NCBI GenBank assembly: GCA_036918135.1
Contig: JBALDB010000032.1
Span: forward strand, 64,001 to 128,000
Length of the DNA stretch: 64,000 nt
DNA from: Nostoc sp.
Lineage (GTDB): Bacteria > Cyanobacteriota > Cyanobacteriia > Cyanobacteriales > Nostocaceae
Reading direction: 5' to 3'
Below are positions 21,703-31,596 of this stretch, in pieces. Under the pieces are notes generated by a model. The model made no database searches. It saw nothing but the letters and a program-made list of their open reading frames with translations, and was not told where the DNA came from. Position 1 is the stretch's first letter; every line of letters begins with the position of its first letter. A program made the position numbers and the translations under genes.

Positions 21703-22785
21703 ATGAACTTAGACAACTCCCTTAAGTCCCTTGGTATTGCCGAACCTAGCGGCACCGGCTGGTTGGCAGTAGTATTTACCTTCCTCTTAGCTTGGCTGGT
21801 AACTTGGCGTTTAATTCCGACAGTACGTAAATTCGCCTTGCGCGTAGGTTGGGCTGACCAACCCAATGCACGGCGACTCAACCGAGAACCTTTACCCAAT
21901 GCAGGGGGGCTAGCTATCTACGCAGGCGTAATTGCCGCGCTGGTATTAGCCAGTCTTTTACGACCTATCGAACTCCAAAACGTATTGGCTCAGGTACTAA
22001 CTATTCTCTTGGGGAGTTCAATATTAGTCCTTGTGGGCTTTATCGACGATCAGTTTGGCTTACCGCCCTCTGTGCGTTTGTGGGCACAAATTGTCACAGC
22101 ACTATTATTGGTAGCTAACGGTATCAGTGTCAAAGTCTTATTTGGTACTCCTATCGACTCGCTGCTGTCCTTGTGCCTGACGGTGCTATGGGTAGTAGGG
22201 ATTACCAATGCCATCAACTTGATGGATGGTATGGATGGTTTGGCGGGAGGAATCAGCTTTATTACCGCCATGAGTTTGTTAGGGGTTGCAGCCCAATTTA
22301 ATAACCGTGCAGCCGCAATATTGGTGTTAGCAGCCTTAGGGGGTGCGGCACTGGGCTTTTTGCGCCATAACTTCCATCCGTCACGGATTATTATGGGTGA
22401 TGCTGGAGCATACTTTTTCGGCTATGTCTTAGCAGCAACTAGTATTTTAGGCAGACTGCAACAAAACACAATTTATGCCCTCGTACCCACAGTTTTATTT
22501 CTGTTGTTACCAGTATTAGATACTACTCAAGTATTTGTGCGACGACTATTAGCAGGAAATAACCCTCTGAGTACTCCTGGCAAAGACCACCTCCACCATC
22601 GCTTGCTGGCTTGGGGACTCTCCCAGCGCCACGCTGCCTTTACATTGTGGGGAATTACCTTGGTTTGCAACTTGCTAGCCATGAGAATACAAGGTATGAG
22701 TTTGGCTGTAATGTTGACTACCGCCAGTAGTATTATAATTCTTTTAGCCTTTACTGTGTGGCAAAGAATACGCCAACAACCGTAG
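21703..22785 (+). CDS. MraY/WecA family glycosyltransferase (GT4, undecaprenyl-P sugar-1-P transferase)
   Basis: GFIDD, NAINLMDGMDGLA, IMGDAGA, DHLHHRL motifs; many TMs; GGGAG before ATG. Confidence 0.92.
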   Translation: MNLDNSLKSLGIAEPSGTGWLAVVFTFLLAWLVTWRLIPTVRKFALRVGWADQPNARRLNREPLPNAGGLAIYAGVIAALVLASLLRPIELQNVLAQVLTILLGSSILVLVGFIDDQFGLPPSVRLWAQIVTALLLVANGISVKVLFGTPIDSLLSLCLTVLWVVGITNAINLMDGMDGLAGGISFITAMSLLGVAAQFNNRAAAILVLAALGGAALGFLRHNFHPSRIIMGDAGAYFFGYVLAATSILGRLQQNTIYALVPTVLFLLLPVLDTTQVFVRRLLAGNNPLSTPGKDHLHHRLLAWGLSQRHAAFTLWGITLVCNLLAMRIQGMSLAVMLTTASSIIILLAFTVWQRIRQQP

Positions 22786-22919
22786 TAGAAGAAGGCAAAA
22801 GTAAAACCATTTGAGGAAATATCTGTTACAGATACACACGTAGGGGCATACGGCTGTACGCCCTTACAGCCAATTCATTTGGGATCGAGATTTTGATAAA
22901 TAATATTTAGAACAGAGCG

Positions 22920-23885
22920 ATGGCTCACTATATTTTAAAAGCTACCAAGGAAAGCGTACATCTGGGTGGTTTCTCCGATTCATTAGACCCAGCACTCACT
23001 ATTGATTCTGGTGATACAGTTGACGTAGAAACTTATACTGGTTACTACGTTTATGACAAAGCACCACCAGAGTTTCTCACTCCAGAATTTCTCGACATTT
23101 GCCAAAATCTTTTACCAGAACGCAAAATTGCTGGGGGGCCGCATTTGCTCACAGGGCCAATTTACGTGCGGGATGCCCAACCAGGGGATGTTTTAGAAGT
23201 AAAATTAGAGGCGATCGCACCTCGTTTACCTGTAGGCTTCAATGCAATTCGTACAGGTTGGGGAGCTTTACCACATCAGTTTCCTCAACCCGCTTTAAGA
23301 TTCATTCCTCTGGATTTAGCAAACAATATTGCAGAATTTCCACGCGGTGCTGGGATCAAAATTTCCCTGAAACCGTTTTTTGGAATTCTTGGTGTTGCTA
23401 CCCCAGAAACCTCTCGAACTTCCGTCCCACCAGGTTGTTACGGCGGTAATATCGACAACCGCGAACTCCAAGCAGGTTCTCGTTTATTTTTGCCGATTTT
23501 TGTCCCAGGTGCGTTATTTTCTATTGGTGATGGGCATTCTGCACAGGGAGATGGAGAAGTCAATGTTACCGCCATTGAAACTTCAATGAACGGTAGAATT
23601 ACGCTCAAACTTCGCAAAGATTTACAACTGACAACACCAATTGCCGAAACTCCAACTGATATCATCACAATGGGTTTTGCTCAAACCTTAGATGAAGCCT
23701 TAGAACTAGCTTTAAAAAATATGATTGATTTTCTGGAACGCTTCACAAATTTGTCGCCAGAAGATGCTTATGTATTGTGTAGTTTAGCTGTGAATTTTCA
23801 CATTACTCAAGTTGTGAACAGTCCCCAAAAAGGCGTGCATGGAATGCTACCTAAATCAATATTGTCTAATAATATTAATTTATAA
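22920..23885 (+). CDS. Acetamidase/formamidase family protein
   Basis: HLLTGPIYV, GGNIDN, GDGHSAQGDGEV..TAIE motifs. Confidence 0.92.
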   Translation: MAHYILKATKESVHLGGFSDSLDPALTIDSGDTVDVETYTGYYVYDKAPPEFLTPEFLDICQNLLPERKIAGGPHLLTGPIYVRDAQPGDVLEVKLEAIAPRLPVGFNAIRTGWGALPHQFPQPALRFIPLDLANNIAEFPRGAGIKISLKPFFGILGVATPETSRTSVPPGCYGGNIDNRELQAGSRLFLPIFVPGALFSIGDGHSAQGDGEVNVTAIETSMNGRITLKLRKDLQLTTPIAETPTDIITMGFAQTLDEALELALKNMIDFLERFTNLSPEDAYVLCSLAVNFHITQVVNSPQKGVHGMLPKSILSNNINL

Positions 23886-23970
23886 ATTCTAATCTTAGCG
23901 ACGATTTTTTACAGCAGGTTTCAAGTTGCTGAGTTACAAAAAAATACATAAGTGTTGAAGAATTGCTTAT

Positions 23971-25047
23971 TTAGTCGTTCGATTGGACATCTGTTTTACT
24001 TTCGATTGCTACTTTCTCTAAAGCAGGTTTTTCAAGTGTAAACTCATCAATGAGCGTAACGAACACTGCTGCTGCTGGCACTGCAAGCAATATACCAATA
24101 AATCCGAATAACTTACCCATTACCAGAAATGCCACAATTACCATCACCGGATGAATATTAACTTGCTTACCCATCACCAAAGGCTGGACAATGTGTGCAT
24201 CTATTTGATTCATTGCTAAAAATAGTAACAGCACAAATGCTAGCTTGATTGGTGAAATACTTAGCGCTACTAATGCTGGTAAAAAAGTTCCAATAATCGA
24301 ACCAACGTAAGGAATGATTTCAAATAAACCTGCAATAATCCCGAATGGCAGGGCAGAAGGAATCCCTAAAATTAAAAGTCCAAACGTTACTCCAACACCC
24401 AGAAATATCATTGCTATCCCTGTGCCAAAAATCCAACCCCGCAATCTTATTTTGCAAGCCTTAAGGATTCGTTGAAACTGTTGGTGATGTCGCCTTGGTA
24501 CTAATCTTAAAATTCCATTCACTAATGAATTTGGATCGTAAGCCATGTAAAGCGCTAAAATTAACGTCGCGGCAAATTCCAAGGTGAAGCCGAAAGCTTC
24601 ACTCAAGAAAACTGGTACTCCCCTTAGTAACTGGTTAGCTAAGTTTCGTAATTGTATTAGAGCTTGAGAGATATCAGGAATAAAAGTAAATCTCGTCCGT
24701 AGCTGTTCAACTTCTGTTGTCAATCTATTCAAGTAGGTTGGTAATGTGGTTAGTAATTTCTGTGACTCAGATGTTACACTCGGAACTACTACTGTAATTA
24801 GTACTATAAAAAATCCGATAATTAACCCAATTAAGAGTAAAACAGCTATCTTCTGCGATTTCACAAACTTTTGCAACAATCGTAACAGTGTGCGTAAAAT
24901 CAAAGCAATCAATGCTGCAATCACTAAAAGTTCTAATACCGATAATAGTCGGTAAAGAATATATAGCGCGACTCCTAGTATGACTGCTAACGGTGCACCA
25001 TGAGTTAACTGCGACCATCCATTGTCTTTATCTGTGAGATTTGTCAT
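23971..25047 (-). CDS. AI-2E family transporter
   Basis: IPYVGS, QPLVMG..VNIHP, GILLAVP motifs; multiple TMs. Confidence 0.9.
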   Translation of the reverse strand: MTNLTDKDNGWSQLTHGAPLAVILGVALYILYRLLSVLELLVIAALIALILRTLLRLLQKFVKSQKIAVLLLIGLIIGFFIVLITVVVPSVTSESQKLLTTLPTYLNRLTTEVEQLRTRFTFIPDISQALIQLRNLANQLLRGVPVFLSEAFGFTLEFAATLILALYMAYDPNSLVNGILRLVPRRHHQQFQRILKACKIRLRGWIFGTGIAMIFLGVGVTFGLLILGIPSALPFGIIAGLFEIIPYVGSIIGTFLPALVALSISPIKLAFVLLLFLAMNQIDAHIVQPLVMGKQVNIHPVMVIVAFLVMGKLFGFIGILLAVPAAAVFVTLIDEFTLEKPALEKVAIESKTDVQSND

Positions 25048-25113
25048 TAATCGTTATATTTAGTAACTTTCAATATGTTTACTTTAAATTTTCTTTATAA
25101 ATTTTCTCTCAGA

Positions 25114-25725
25114 TTATTCTGAATTGGTCAGACCATTAGGCATGTTATCTCTAAATAGAAAATCTAGAACACGCCGAACATAAGTACCCCATGATTCGGC
25201 ATTAGGTGGAAAGACTGATGCATAAAGCATGATACTGCTTATTGTGTCAAAGAATAAATCGGAATCGGCATCTGCTTGGAGTTCTCCCCGCTGTTTGCCA
25301 CGTTCTAACACGATCGCAAAAGCTTGCCGTCGAGGCTGTAAATATTTCTGCCAATACATTTGAGCGAACTGAGGATTGGTTAATGCAGTACTAATAATTA
25401 TGGCAACAGTCTGTTTTCCTAAAGGGTTGAGTGTCAGTTGTGCGGCACTCTCGATTAAACAATCGATATCACCCCAGAAACTACCTGTATCAGGTATCAC
25501 AAGTTCTTCTCTGAGACTTTCAATAGCGTCTGCAATCAACTCTTCTTTGGAACTATATCTTCGATAAATTGTGGATTTGCCTACTCCAGCACGGGCGGCG
25601 ATCGCATCAATACTCATGTGAGTAAAACCAACCTCTATCAATAAATCAATTGTCGCTTGGAGAATTGCTTGATGAGACTCAATACTGCGGGGTCTTCCAG
25701 GACGCTTTTTAGCCGATTCACTCAT
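25114..25725 (-). CDS. TetR/AcrR family transcriptional regulator
   Basis: GRPR and HTH IAARAGVGKSTIYRRY. Confidence 0.93.
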   Translation of the reverse strand: MSESAKKRPGRPRSIESHQAILQATIDLLIEVGFTHMSIDAIAARAGVGKSTIYRRYSSKEELIADAIESLREELVIPDTGSFWGDIDCLIESAAQLTLNPLGKQTVAIIISTALTNPQFAQMYWQKYLQPRRQAFAIVLERGKQRGELQADADSDLFFDTISSIMLYASVFPPNAESWGTYVRRVLDFLFRDNMPNGLTNSE

Positions 25726-25790
25726 GTAACAAAAACTTCATCTTAATTTTTCTCTCAAACAAACCATAAATATGATTGACATTTCTGTTT

Positions 25791-25823
25791 AATATTATCG
25801 ATACTATTAGTATCGATAATATT
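25791..25823. promoter_or_regulatory. Perfect 33-bp inverted repeat, probable TetR operator
   Basis: AATATTATCGATACTA-T-TAGTATCGATAATATT between the divergent tetR and hypothetical genes; TTGACA at 25776. Confidence 0.75.
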
Positions 25824-25835
25824 ATTGACAGACCT

Positions 25836-26330
25836 ATGTCTTTGCGAACTCGACCCCAATATACCAACAAAAATAGTACTCAAACTTTACGTCAAGGATT
25901 AGAGGAATACTACGCCCGCAATTTGAATCTCACTCATCCCAGTACTCAGCCAGAGGATTTTGCCAAAATTTTGCTTGCTCATGATATTAGTCATGTCATT
26001 TATGGCTGTGAGACAAATATGTACGACGAACTTAAGATTTTGCCGCTAACATTTTGGACAAGTGACTTTAAATTTAGAGATTGGTTGCGTGAGCGCCAGA
26101 ATCCATCTGTAAATGTGATGTATGAAGACTTGCTCAAGCATTATGGTGTGATTCGCTTGTACAGTTCCATATTTTCTCAATCATTACGATTAGTGCCAGA
26201 GTTTATTTCAATGTGGCTTAAAACTCGTAACCATAAAACTTTCCTCCCATTTCTTAACTTAGAACCAATGTTAGACCGTTCGCTATTAGAAATTCGTCAA
26301 GAGTTTGACCTTTTTCCTTTTATCAAATAG
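25836..26330 (+). CDS. Hypothetical protein with Coq4-like HDxxH motif
   Basis: AHDISHVIYG...DE motif; start moved to ATG 25836 because the upstream extension runs through the operator. Confidence 0.7.
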   Translation: MSLRTRPQYTNKNSTQTLRQGLEEYYARNLNLTHPSTQPEDFAKILLAHDISHVIYGCETNMYDELKILPLTFWTSDFKFRDWLRERQNPSVNVMYEDLLKHYGVIRLYSSIFSQSLRLVPEFISMWLKTRNHKTFLPFLNLEPMLDRSLLEIRQEFDLFPFIK

Positions 26331-26475
26331 ATTTATCCTAGTTTCCGCACGAATGCCAAAACTACAATTTTGGTAAACACAAACCTTCCTGGGCTGACAC
26401 TAATTTAACTTTATTCATTTGCCTGTAATACACTTTTTACCTCATTCATTGTTAGGATTTTTAATTCGCTACAGC

Positions 26476-26570
26476 ATATAGCAGGAGGTAGGAGGCAGAA
26501 GGTAAAACTATTACTGTTGCTAACATTCATGCTTGTCATTATGTCCTAAAGGCTGTGACTACAGCGATAT
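26476..26570. repeat. Dispersed ~90-bp MITE-like repeat (copy 1)
   Basis: ATATAGCAGGAGG...ATGTCCTAA...TGACTACAGC(G/T)ATA, shared with 45476-45561. Confidence 0.6.
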
Positions 26571-26771
26571 CAATCGGTAAAGTCACCCATTTAGGTGAAG
26601 GCATACAGACATACTAATGCCTAGTATGAAGTAAGATTAAGACATTATGAAGCTAATTATGCCCCTAACTGTGAAATAAAGATTTAATCCCAAAAGGAAA
26701 ACTCCGTATTCTCTACTTATCCTCTAACTAAAGGCTACTCTTATATAAAAATATTTACAGGCTTCTATAAT

Positions 26772-28241
26772 ATGGCTACGCACATAGAAATTCCAGTTAT
26801 TGGCAAAGTAAAGTATCCATTACGCTGGCTGATTGGGCTGATGGCAGGGGGAGCTTTAGTTGTTGGTACAGTCGCAAACTATACTCTGATAAATCAAGGC
26901 ACAAACAAACAAGACATCGATCGCTTAACTGTTCCAGTTGCAGCACAAAATGTTACATTACGGATTACGGCGAGTGGGAAAGTCGTACCAGTGCAGAGCG
27001 TGAATATTAGTCCCAAGAATCCTGGTGTGCTGTCGCAATTGTATGTCCAACAAGGCGATCGCATTCAAAAAGGACAAATTCTCGCCCGCATGGATAGTGC
27101 CAGCATTGAAGCACAAAGGAGCCAGTATCTTGCTAACTTAGCCCAAAGTCAAGCACAGTTAGCCGAAGCCCTTGCTGGTAGTCGTCCTCAAGAAATTACC
27201 CAAGCTAAGGCACGATTAGCCCAAGCTCAAGCCCAGCTAACCCAGGCTCGTACAGGTAATCGTCCCCAAGAAATTGCCCAAGCTCAAGCCCAAGTGGACG
27301 CAGCTCAAGCAAAGGTGAATTATACTGCTCAACAAGTCAAACGTTATCAATATCTTTATCAACAGGGCGCTGAAAACAAACAATTACTCGATCAAGCCAT
27401 CAGCGAAGACAAAAGTGCAACAGCCAGTTTAGAAGAAGCAAAAAAACGATTTTCCTTAGTGCAAAGTGGCAGTCGTAGTGAAGAAATTGCTGGGCGTCAA
27501 GCAGCTGTCAATGAAGCACGCGCAGCATTGGTACTGTTGGAAGATGGTACCCGTAGTGAAGAAATAGCCGCACGCCAAGCAGCTGTCGCAGCTGCCCAAG
27601 CTCAGTTGAAGGGTGTGCAAGTACAGTTGGAAGATACAATTATTCGCGCTCCCCTTTCGGGAATTGTCACCCAAAAGTATGCCGATCCTGGCGCTTTTGT
27701 CACACCCACAACTTCTGCTTCTACTAGTGCATCGGCAACTTCCAGTTCAATTGTCGCCGTAGCACGCGGTTTAGAAATATTAGCTCAAGTTCCGGAAGCC
27801 GATCTTGGCAGAATCAAACCGGGACAGCAGGTAGAAATTGTCGCTGATGCTTATCCAGATCGAGTTTTTAAAGGTCATGTACGCCTGATTGCTCCAGAAG
27901 CAGTGATAGAACAAGGTGTGACATCCTTCCAAGTGCGAGTTGCATTGGATACTGGCACAGATAAACTGCGTTCTGGGTTAAATGTAGATCTGACTTTTTT
28001 GGGCGATCGCGTTAATAATGCCTTAGTATTACCAACAGTATCAATCGTCACCGAAAAAGGTAGAACTGGCGTACTTGTACCAGATGCAGATAATAAACCC
28101 CAATTCCGCGAAGTCACAGTTGGGGCGCAAATCAAAGACCAAACTCAGATTTTAGAGGGAGTTAAAGAAGGCGATCGCATATTTATCAATCCACCTAAAG
28201 ATTACAAAATCGAAAAGGCCAAAGAACAGCAGAATAAATAA
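26772..28241 (+). CDS. Efflux RND/ABC periplasmic adaptor subunit (HlyD family)
   Basis: N-terminal TM, lipoyl half-motifs (V.QGD.I.KGQ.LA; IRAPLSGIV), long coiled coil with GSRPQEI repeats. Confidence 0.92.
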   Translation: MATHIEIPVIGKVKYPLRWLIGLMAGGALVVGTVANYTLINQGTNKQDIDRLTVPVAAQNVTLRITASGKVVPVQSVNISPKNPGVLSQLYVQQGDRIQKGQILARMDSASIEAQRSQYLANLAQSQAQLAEALAGSRPQEITQAKARLAQAQAQLTQARTGNRPQEIAQAQAQVDAAQAKVNYTAQQVKRYQYLYQQGAENKQLLDQAISEDKSATASLEEAKKRFSLVQSGSRSEEIAGRQAAVNEARAALVLLEDGTRSEEIAARQAAVAAAQAQLKGVQVQLEDTIIRAPLSGIVTQKYADPGAFVTPTTSASTSASATSSSIVAVARGLEILAQVPEADLGRIKPGQQVEIVADAYPDRVFKGHVRLIAPEAVIEQGVTSFQVRVALDTGTDKLRSGLNVDLTFLGDRVNNALVLPTVSIVTEKGRTGVLVPDADNKPQFREVTVGAQIKDQTQILEGVKEGDRIFINPPKDYKIEKAKEQQNK

Positions 28242-28357
28242 TTTCAAAATTGGGGAGTGTGGAGATGGGGAGATAGGAAGAATAACTCTTAACTTCTAAC
28301 TCAACAGCTAACAGTCAACTTTTAATAGAAACTTTTAATCTAAAATCTAAAATTGGC

Positions 28358-29575
28358 ATGAATTTCTTAGAAAGCGTCCAAATGGCAGGGAAAACCTTGC
28401 TATCAAATAAGCTGCGTAGCGCCCTCACCATGTTGGGTATAGTTATTGGCAACGCCTCAGTGATTGCCATGATTGGCATTGGCGAAGGTGGACAAAAGTT
28501 TGTTAATAAACAGTTGGAATCACTAGGGCCAAATGTGCTGTTTGTAATTCCCGGAAATCGAGAAACTCAACGCATTTCCTTTGAAGTACCAAAAACTTTA
28601 GTGTTGCAAGATGCCGATGCAATTGCTTCTCAAGTGCCAACAGTAATAGGAGTTGCACCAGAGTTAAATACAAGACAAGTAATTACTTACCGGAATAGAA
28701 ACACTGATGTCAACATCATTGGCACAACTCCCAGCTTTCTACCGGTGCGCGATTTTGAAACTGATAAAGGCAGGTTTTTTAGTGAAGTAGACATCAAGCG
28801 AAGCAACCAAGTTGTTGTATTAGGTGCAAACTTAGCAGAAAAACTATTCGGTAATAGTAACGCTATCGGTCAGCAATTGCGAATTGGTAATACTAGCTTT
28901 CAAGTGATTGGGACATTAACAGCCAAAGGTTCCAGCGTGGGAGCAGATTACGATGAAGCTGCCTTAATACCGATTACAACCTCAGCAAACCGCCTTGTGG
29001 GAAAGAATTCTCCCTATGGTATCGCCTTAGATTACCTCGTCGCTGCCGCTCGTGATTCTGATAGCGTCGATGCAGCAGAGTTTCAAATTACTAATTTGCT
29101 GCGTCTACGCCACAAAATCAATGGTGAAGATGACTTTACGCTTCGTACCCAGAAAGATGCTTTGCAAACTGTAGGTCAAATTACGGGTGCATTGACAATT
29201 ATGCTAGCAGCGATCGCCGCCATATCCTTGTTTGTCGGCGGCATTGGCATCATGAATATTATGTTAGTCTCCGTCACCGAACGCACCCAAGAAATCGGAT
29301 TAAGAAAAGCGATCGGTGCAACAGAGCAAGATATTTTGCTACAGTTCATCATCGAAGCAATAATAGTTTCTGCCGCCGGCGGTTTAGTTGGGACTGCCGT
29401 TGGTGTTAGTGGCATTCTGTTAGTAGCATCTTTAACACCTTTAAACGCGGGAATTTCTCCCGTAGCAATTACTATGGCAGTTGGTGTTTCTGGCGGTATC
29501 GGTTTATTCTTTGGTGTTGTTCCTGCACGTCGTGCAGCGAAACTCGACCCCATCGTGGCCTTAAGAAGTGCTTAG
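28358..29575 (+). CDS. ABC transporter permease, MacB/FtsX family
   Basis: RSALTMLGIVIG, GGIGIMNIMLVSVTERTQEIGLRKAIGA, PARRAAKLDP. Confidence 0.95.
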   Translation: MNFLESVQMAGKTLLSNKLRSALTMLGIVIGNASVIAMIGIGEGGQKFVNKQLESLGPNVLFVIPGNRETQRISFEVPKTLVLQDADAIASQVPTVIGVAPELNTRQVITYRNRNTDVNIIGTTPSFLPVRDFETDKGRFFSEVDIKRSNQVVVLGANLAEKLFGNSNAIGQQLRIGNTSFQVIGTLTAKGSSVGADYDEAALIPITTSANRLVGKNSPYGIALDYLVAAARDSDSVDAAEFQITNLLRLRHKINGEDDFTLRTQKDALQTVGQITGALTIMLAAIAAISLFVGGIGIMNIMLVSVTERTQEIGLRKAIGATEQDILLQFIIEAIIVSAAGGLVGTAVGVSGILLVASLTPLNAGISPVAITMAVGVSGGIGLFFGVVPARRAAKLDPIVALRSA

Positions 29576-29630
29576 TCAAACAATTTTCAATTTTGGATGA
29601 AAATTCGCTAAAGTAAAAATCAAAAACAAA

Positions 29631-29738
29631 GGCGGGTGCGGGAATTGAACCCGCTAATCCCCAAAATGGTGGAGATGTATCCGATAACCCTACATTCTTC
29701 GTCCCCGAAAGGCAAGTTGCGAATAAGGGTAACCCGCC
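29631..29738 (-). ncRNA. Y RNA-like/tRNA-like unit downstream of rsr (no canonical D arm)
   Basis: GGCGGGT/ACCCGCC terminal stem, CTTGCCT-TTCG-GGGACGAAGAAT..AGGGTTATC module, T arm GCGGG-TTCAATT-CCCGC. Confidence 0.7.
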
Positions 29739-29786
29739 ATGAAGTAATGAAAGATAAAGTTTTTTATCCTTATCCTTCACCAATTT

Positions 29787-31388
29787 TTATAACTCATCCG
29801 TGGCCAGCATTTGGATAATTCGAGGCGTACCCGGATCGAATCCTGCCAAATCCCAAGACAGCGAATCTTCAGGATCTACCAAAGTAATTTGATAAGGTGT
29901 CAGGGTGACATACACCACCTTGACGTTGGGATTTATTTTTTTGCGGTACTCTTCCAGCGCTTGACTTGGATGCTTATATCCAGCCCAACTTTCCGAGTCA
30001 GTCCAAAAGCAGACAATATCCGCCTTGAACTTGTTTTTAATCATCCAGTCGTAAGCCACAGATGCATCGGTTCCACCGAAGTTTTGGTTACTAGCTTTGC
30101 GAACAGCAGAACTAAAACTATCTTTAGCAGTGATATCTAATTCCCGGAATTCTGTAGCAAAGCCGCGAATTATGTAGTTTTTCTCTGCTTTTGCTGTTAC
30201 TAATGCCATTGTGGTCGCAATTTCACAACAACTCAGTCCCATATCTGCAACCAAGCTACCCATAGAACCAGAAACGTCTACGGCGTGCATGAACACTTTA
30301 CCTGTAGGTTGCACAACATCAAAAGACAGTTCAACTGCTTTTTCTAAAATGTCCACAATCCGAGGAACTGGATTCCAAGTCTTCTGACTGCGTCCTAATC
30401 TACCACCAGATTGATATGTTTTGAGCGCTTTCAAAACATCAATCGGATGTATGCGACCTTTACGCAGATGTTCTTGGTTATTGAGAACTACTTCCACTCG
30501 TAGCAAGTTGGCGCTTTCGTCAGTTCGCAATACACCTAGTTCGGTCAAAGAACCCAGGTTACGCAGCATTGCACCTATTGGCATTTCCTGAAATAGCAGC
30601 TGCCAAGCAGCTTTGTCCATTTTGCCTACAGGTGCAGCCATTTCGTGGGTTAGGCGTCCTTGGGAAATAGCTTCATGAGTTTGGGTTGGGTTTTGCTTAA
30701 GCCATTCATACCACCAAATCTGCGCCAAGGCTTCTGAGGGGATATCTGCTGGCAATTCTTCCCAGCCTTTAACCACCCACTCAAATAGTTGACGATGATT
30801 TTCTGTAAGTGGTTTGACATGGAATAACCGCAATGCATCTCGGTGAGTAAAGCCTTGACGCTGTTGATATTTCAAGAGTTGATAAGCTAAACCTTTGACA
30901 TCTTCCCGTGATAGCCAAGTTTTACCAGCTTCCCGTACTACCTTGCCAAATCCTCGCAGAGATTTGGTGTAATTCAGCCATTCATAGAAGTGGCTACCAG
31001 TGCGGACAACTTGGGGGAAAATTTCACTAAAAGCTCGTTTTGCTTCTGGTGCTTCACCCATAGACAACAAAACTAAAGCCAAGATAGGCGCACTGTTATT
31101 GATGGCACGTCCATCGCTAGCATATAAAATTTCTTCTGCCACACGACCGGGATTTTCAGCAACAGCTTGTCTAACAACTGCCACAAAATCTTCAGTTAAT
31201 TCTTGTTTGCCAGCATAATAAGTGCTTTTTGCCGTGCCAACTAAAAGACAACGGCGTAACATTTTCCAAATACCAGCATCAAACATCCAACCGCCGGAAC
31301 GTCCCTCAATCATCTCGGCTTCCCGTCCGGGAATAGGCTGATTTTGAGGTGTAGTTGTCTTCTTTTTAGTGAAAAAATTGTAATTCAT
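29787..31388 (-). CDS. rsr: Ro60-like TROVE domain RNA-binding protein (Rsr)
   Basis: LLVGT..STYY, LAYQLLKYQQRQGFTHRDALRL, AMLRNL, RIHPIDVL, vWA MIDAS DVSGSM, GGTD, TDSE. Start moved to MNYNFF (GGAG 8 nt upstream) because the 44-codon extension overlaps an RNA unit. Confidence 0.93.
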   Translation of the reverse strand: MNYNFFTKKKTTTPQNQPIPGREAEMIEGRSGGWMFDAGIWKMLRRCLLVGTAKSTYYAGKQELTEDFVAVVRQAVAENPGRVAEEILYASDGRAINNSAPILALVLLSMGEAPEAKRAFSEIFPQVVRTGSHFYEWLNYTKSLRGFGKVVREAGKTWLSREDVKGLAYQLLKYQQRQGFTHRDALRLFHVKPLTENHRQLFEWVVKGWEELPADIPSEALAQIWWYEWLKQNPTQTHEAISQGRLTHEMAAPVGKMDKAAWQLLFQEMPIGAMLRNLGSLTELGVLRTDESANLLRVEVVLNNQEHLRKGRIHPIDVLKALKTYQSGGRLGRSQKTWNPVPRIVDILEKAVELSFDVVQPTGKVFMHAVDVSGSMGSLVADMGLSCCEIATTMALVTAKAEKNYIIRGFATEFRELDITAKDSFSSAVRKASNQNFGGTDASVAYDWMIKNKFKADIVCFWTDSESWAGYKHPSQALEEYRKKINPNVKVVYVTLTPYQITLVDPEDSLSWDLAGFDPGTPRIIQMLATDEL

Positions 31389-31390
31389 CG

Positions 31391-31424
31391 TTTCATCTCC
31401 CGGCCCTTGCGGGCAAAAATGAAA
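31391..31424 (-). promoter_or_regulatory. Hairpin with Ro-type bulged helix covering the rsr Shine-Dalgarno
   Basis: TTTCATTTTTGCCC-GCAA-GGGCCGGGAGATGAAA directly before the ATG. Confidence 0.6.
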
Positions 31425-31425
31425 G

Positions 31426-31570
31426 GTGGCAGAGCAGGATTTGTAGCTTGCTTCCCGTAGGGTACTTGTGATATCCGGCTTAAAAAGCGGTAACCCTAAT
31501 TTGTCGAACTTTTCAGGCAAGGGGTGAACAAAGATGTTTTTCGGCGCTCTACTACTGAGCTACCTGCCAC
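31426..31570 (-). ncRNA. Y RNA-like/tRNA-like unit 3 (degenerate, T arm interrupted)
   Basis: GTGGCAGG/TCTGCCAC stem, D arm TAGCTCAGTAGTAGAGC, CTTGCCT-GAAA module; 19-nt insert in the T arm. Confidence 0.65.
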
Positions 31571-31596
31571 ATGAAAATTAAAAACGTAAAATTTAC

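Noticed and set aside
29472..29818. Short ORFs 29472..29783 (-) and 29636..29818 (+)
   Set aside because: They overlap the structured RNA unit and the ends of real genes.
31389..31520. 44-aa N-terminal extension of the TROVE ORF in the ORF track
   Set aside because: It overlaps RNA unit 3 and the leader hairpin; a good Shine-Dalgarno precedes the ATG at 31388.
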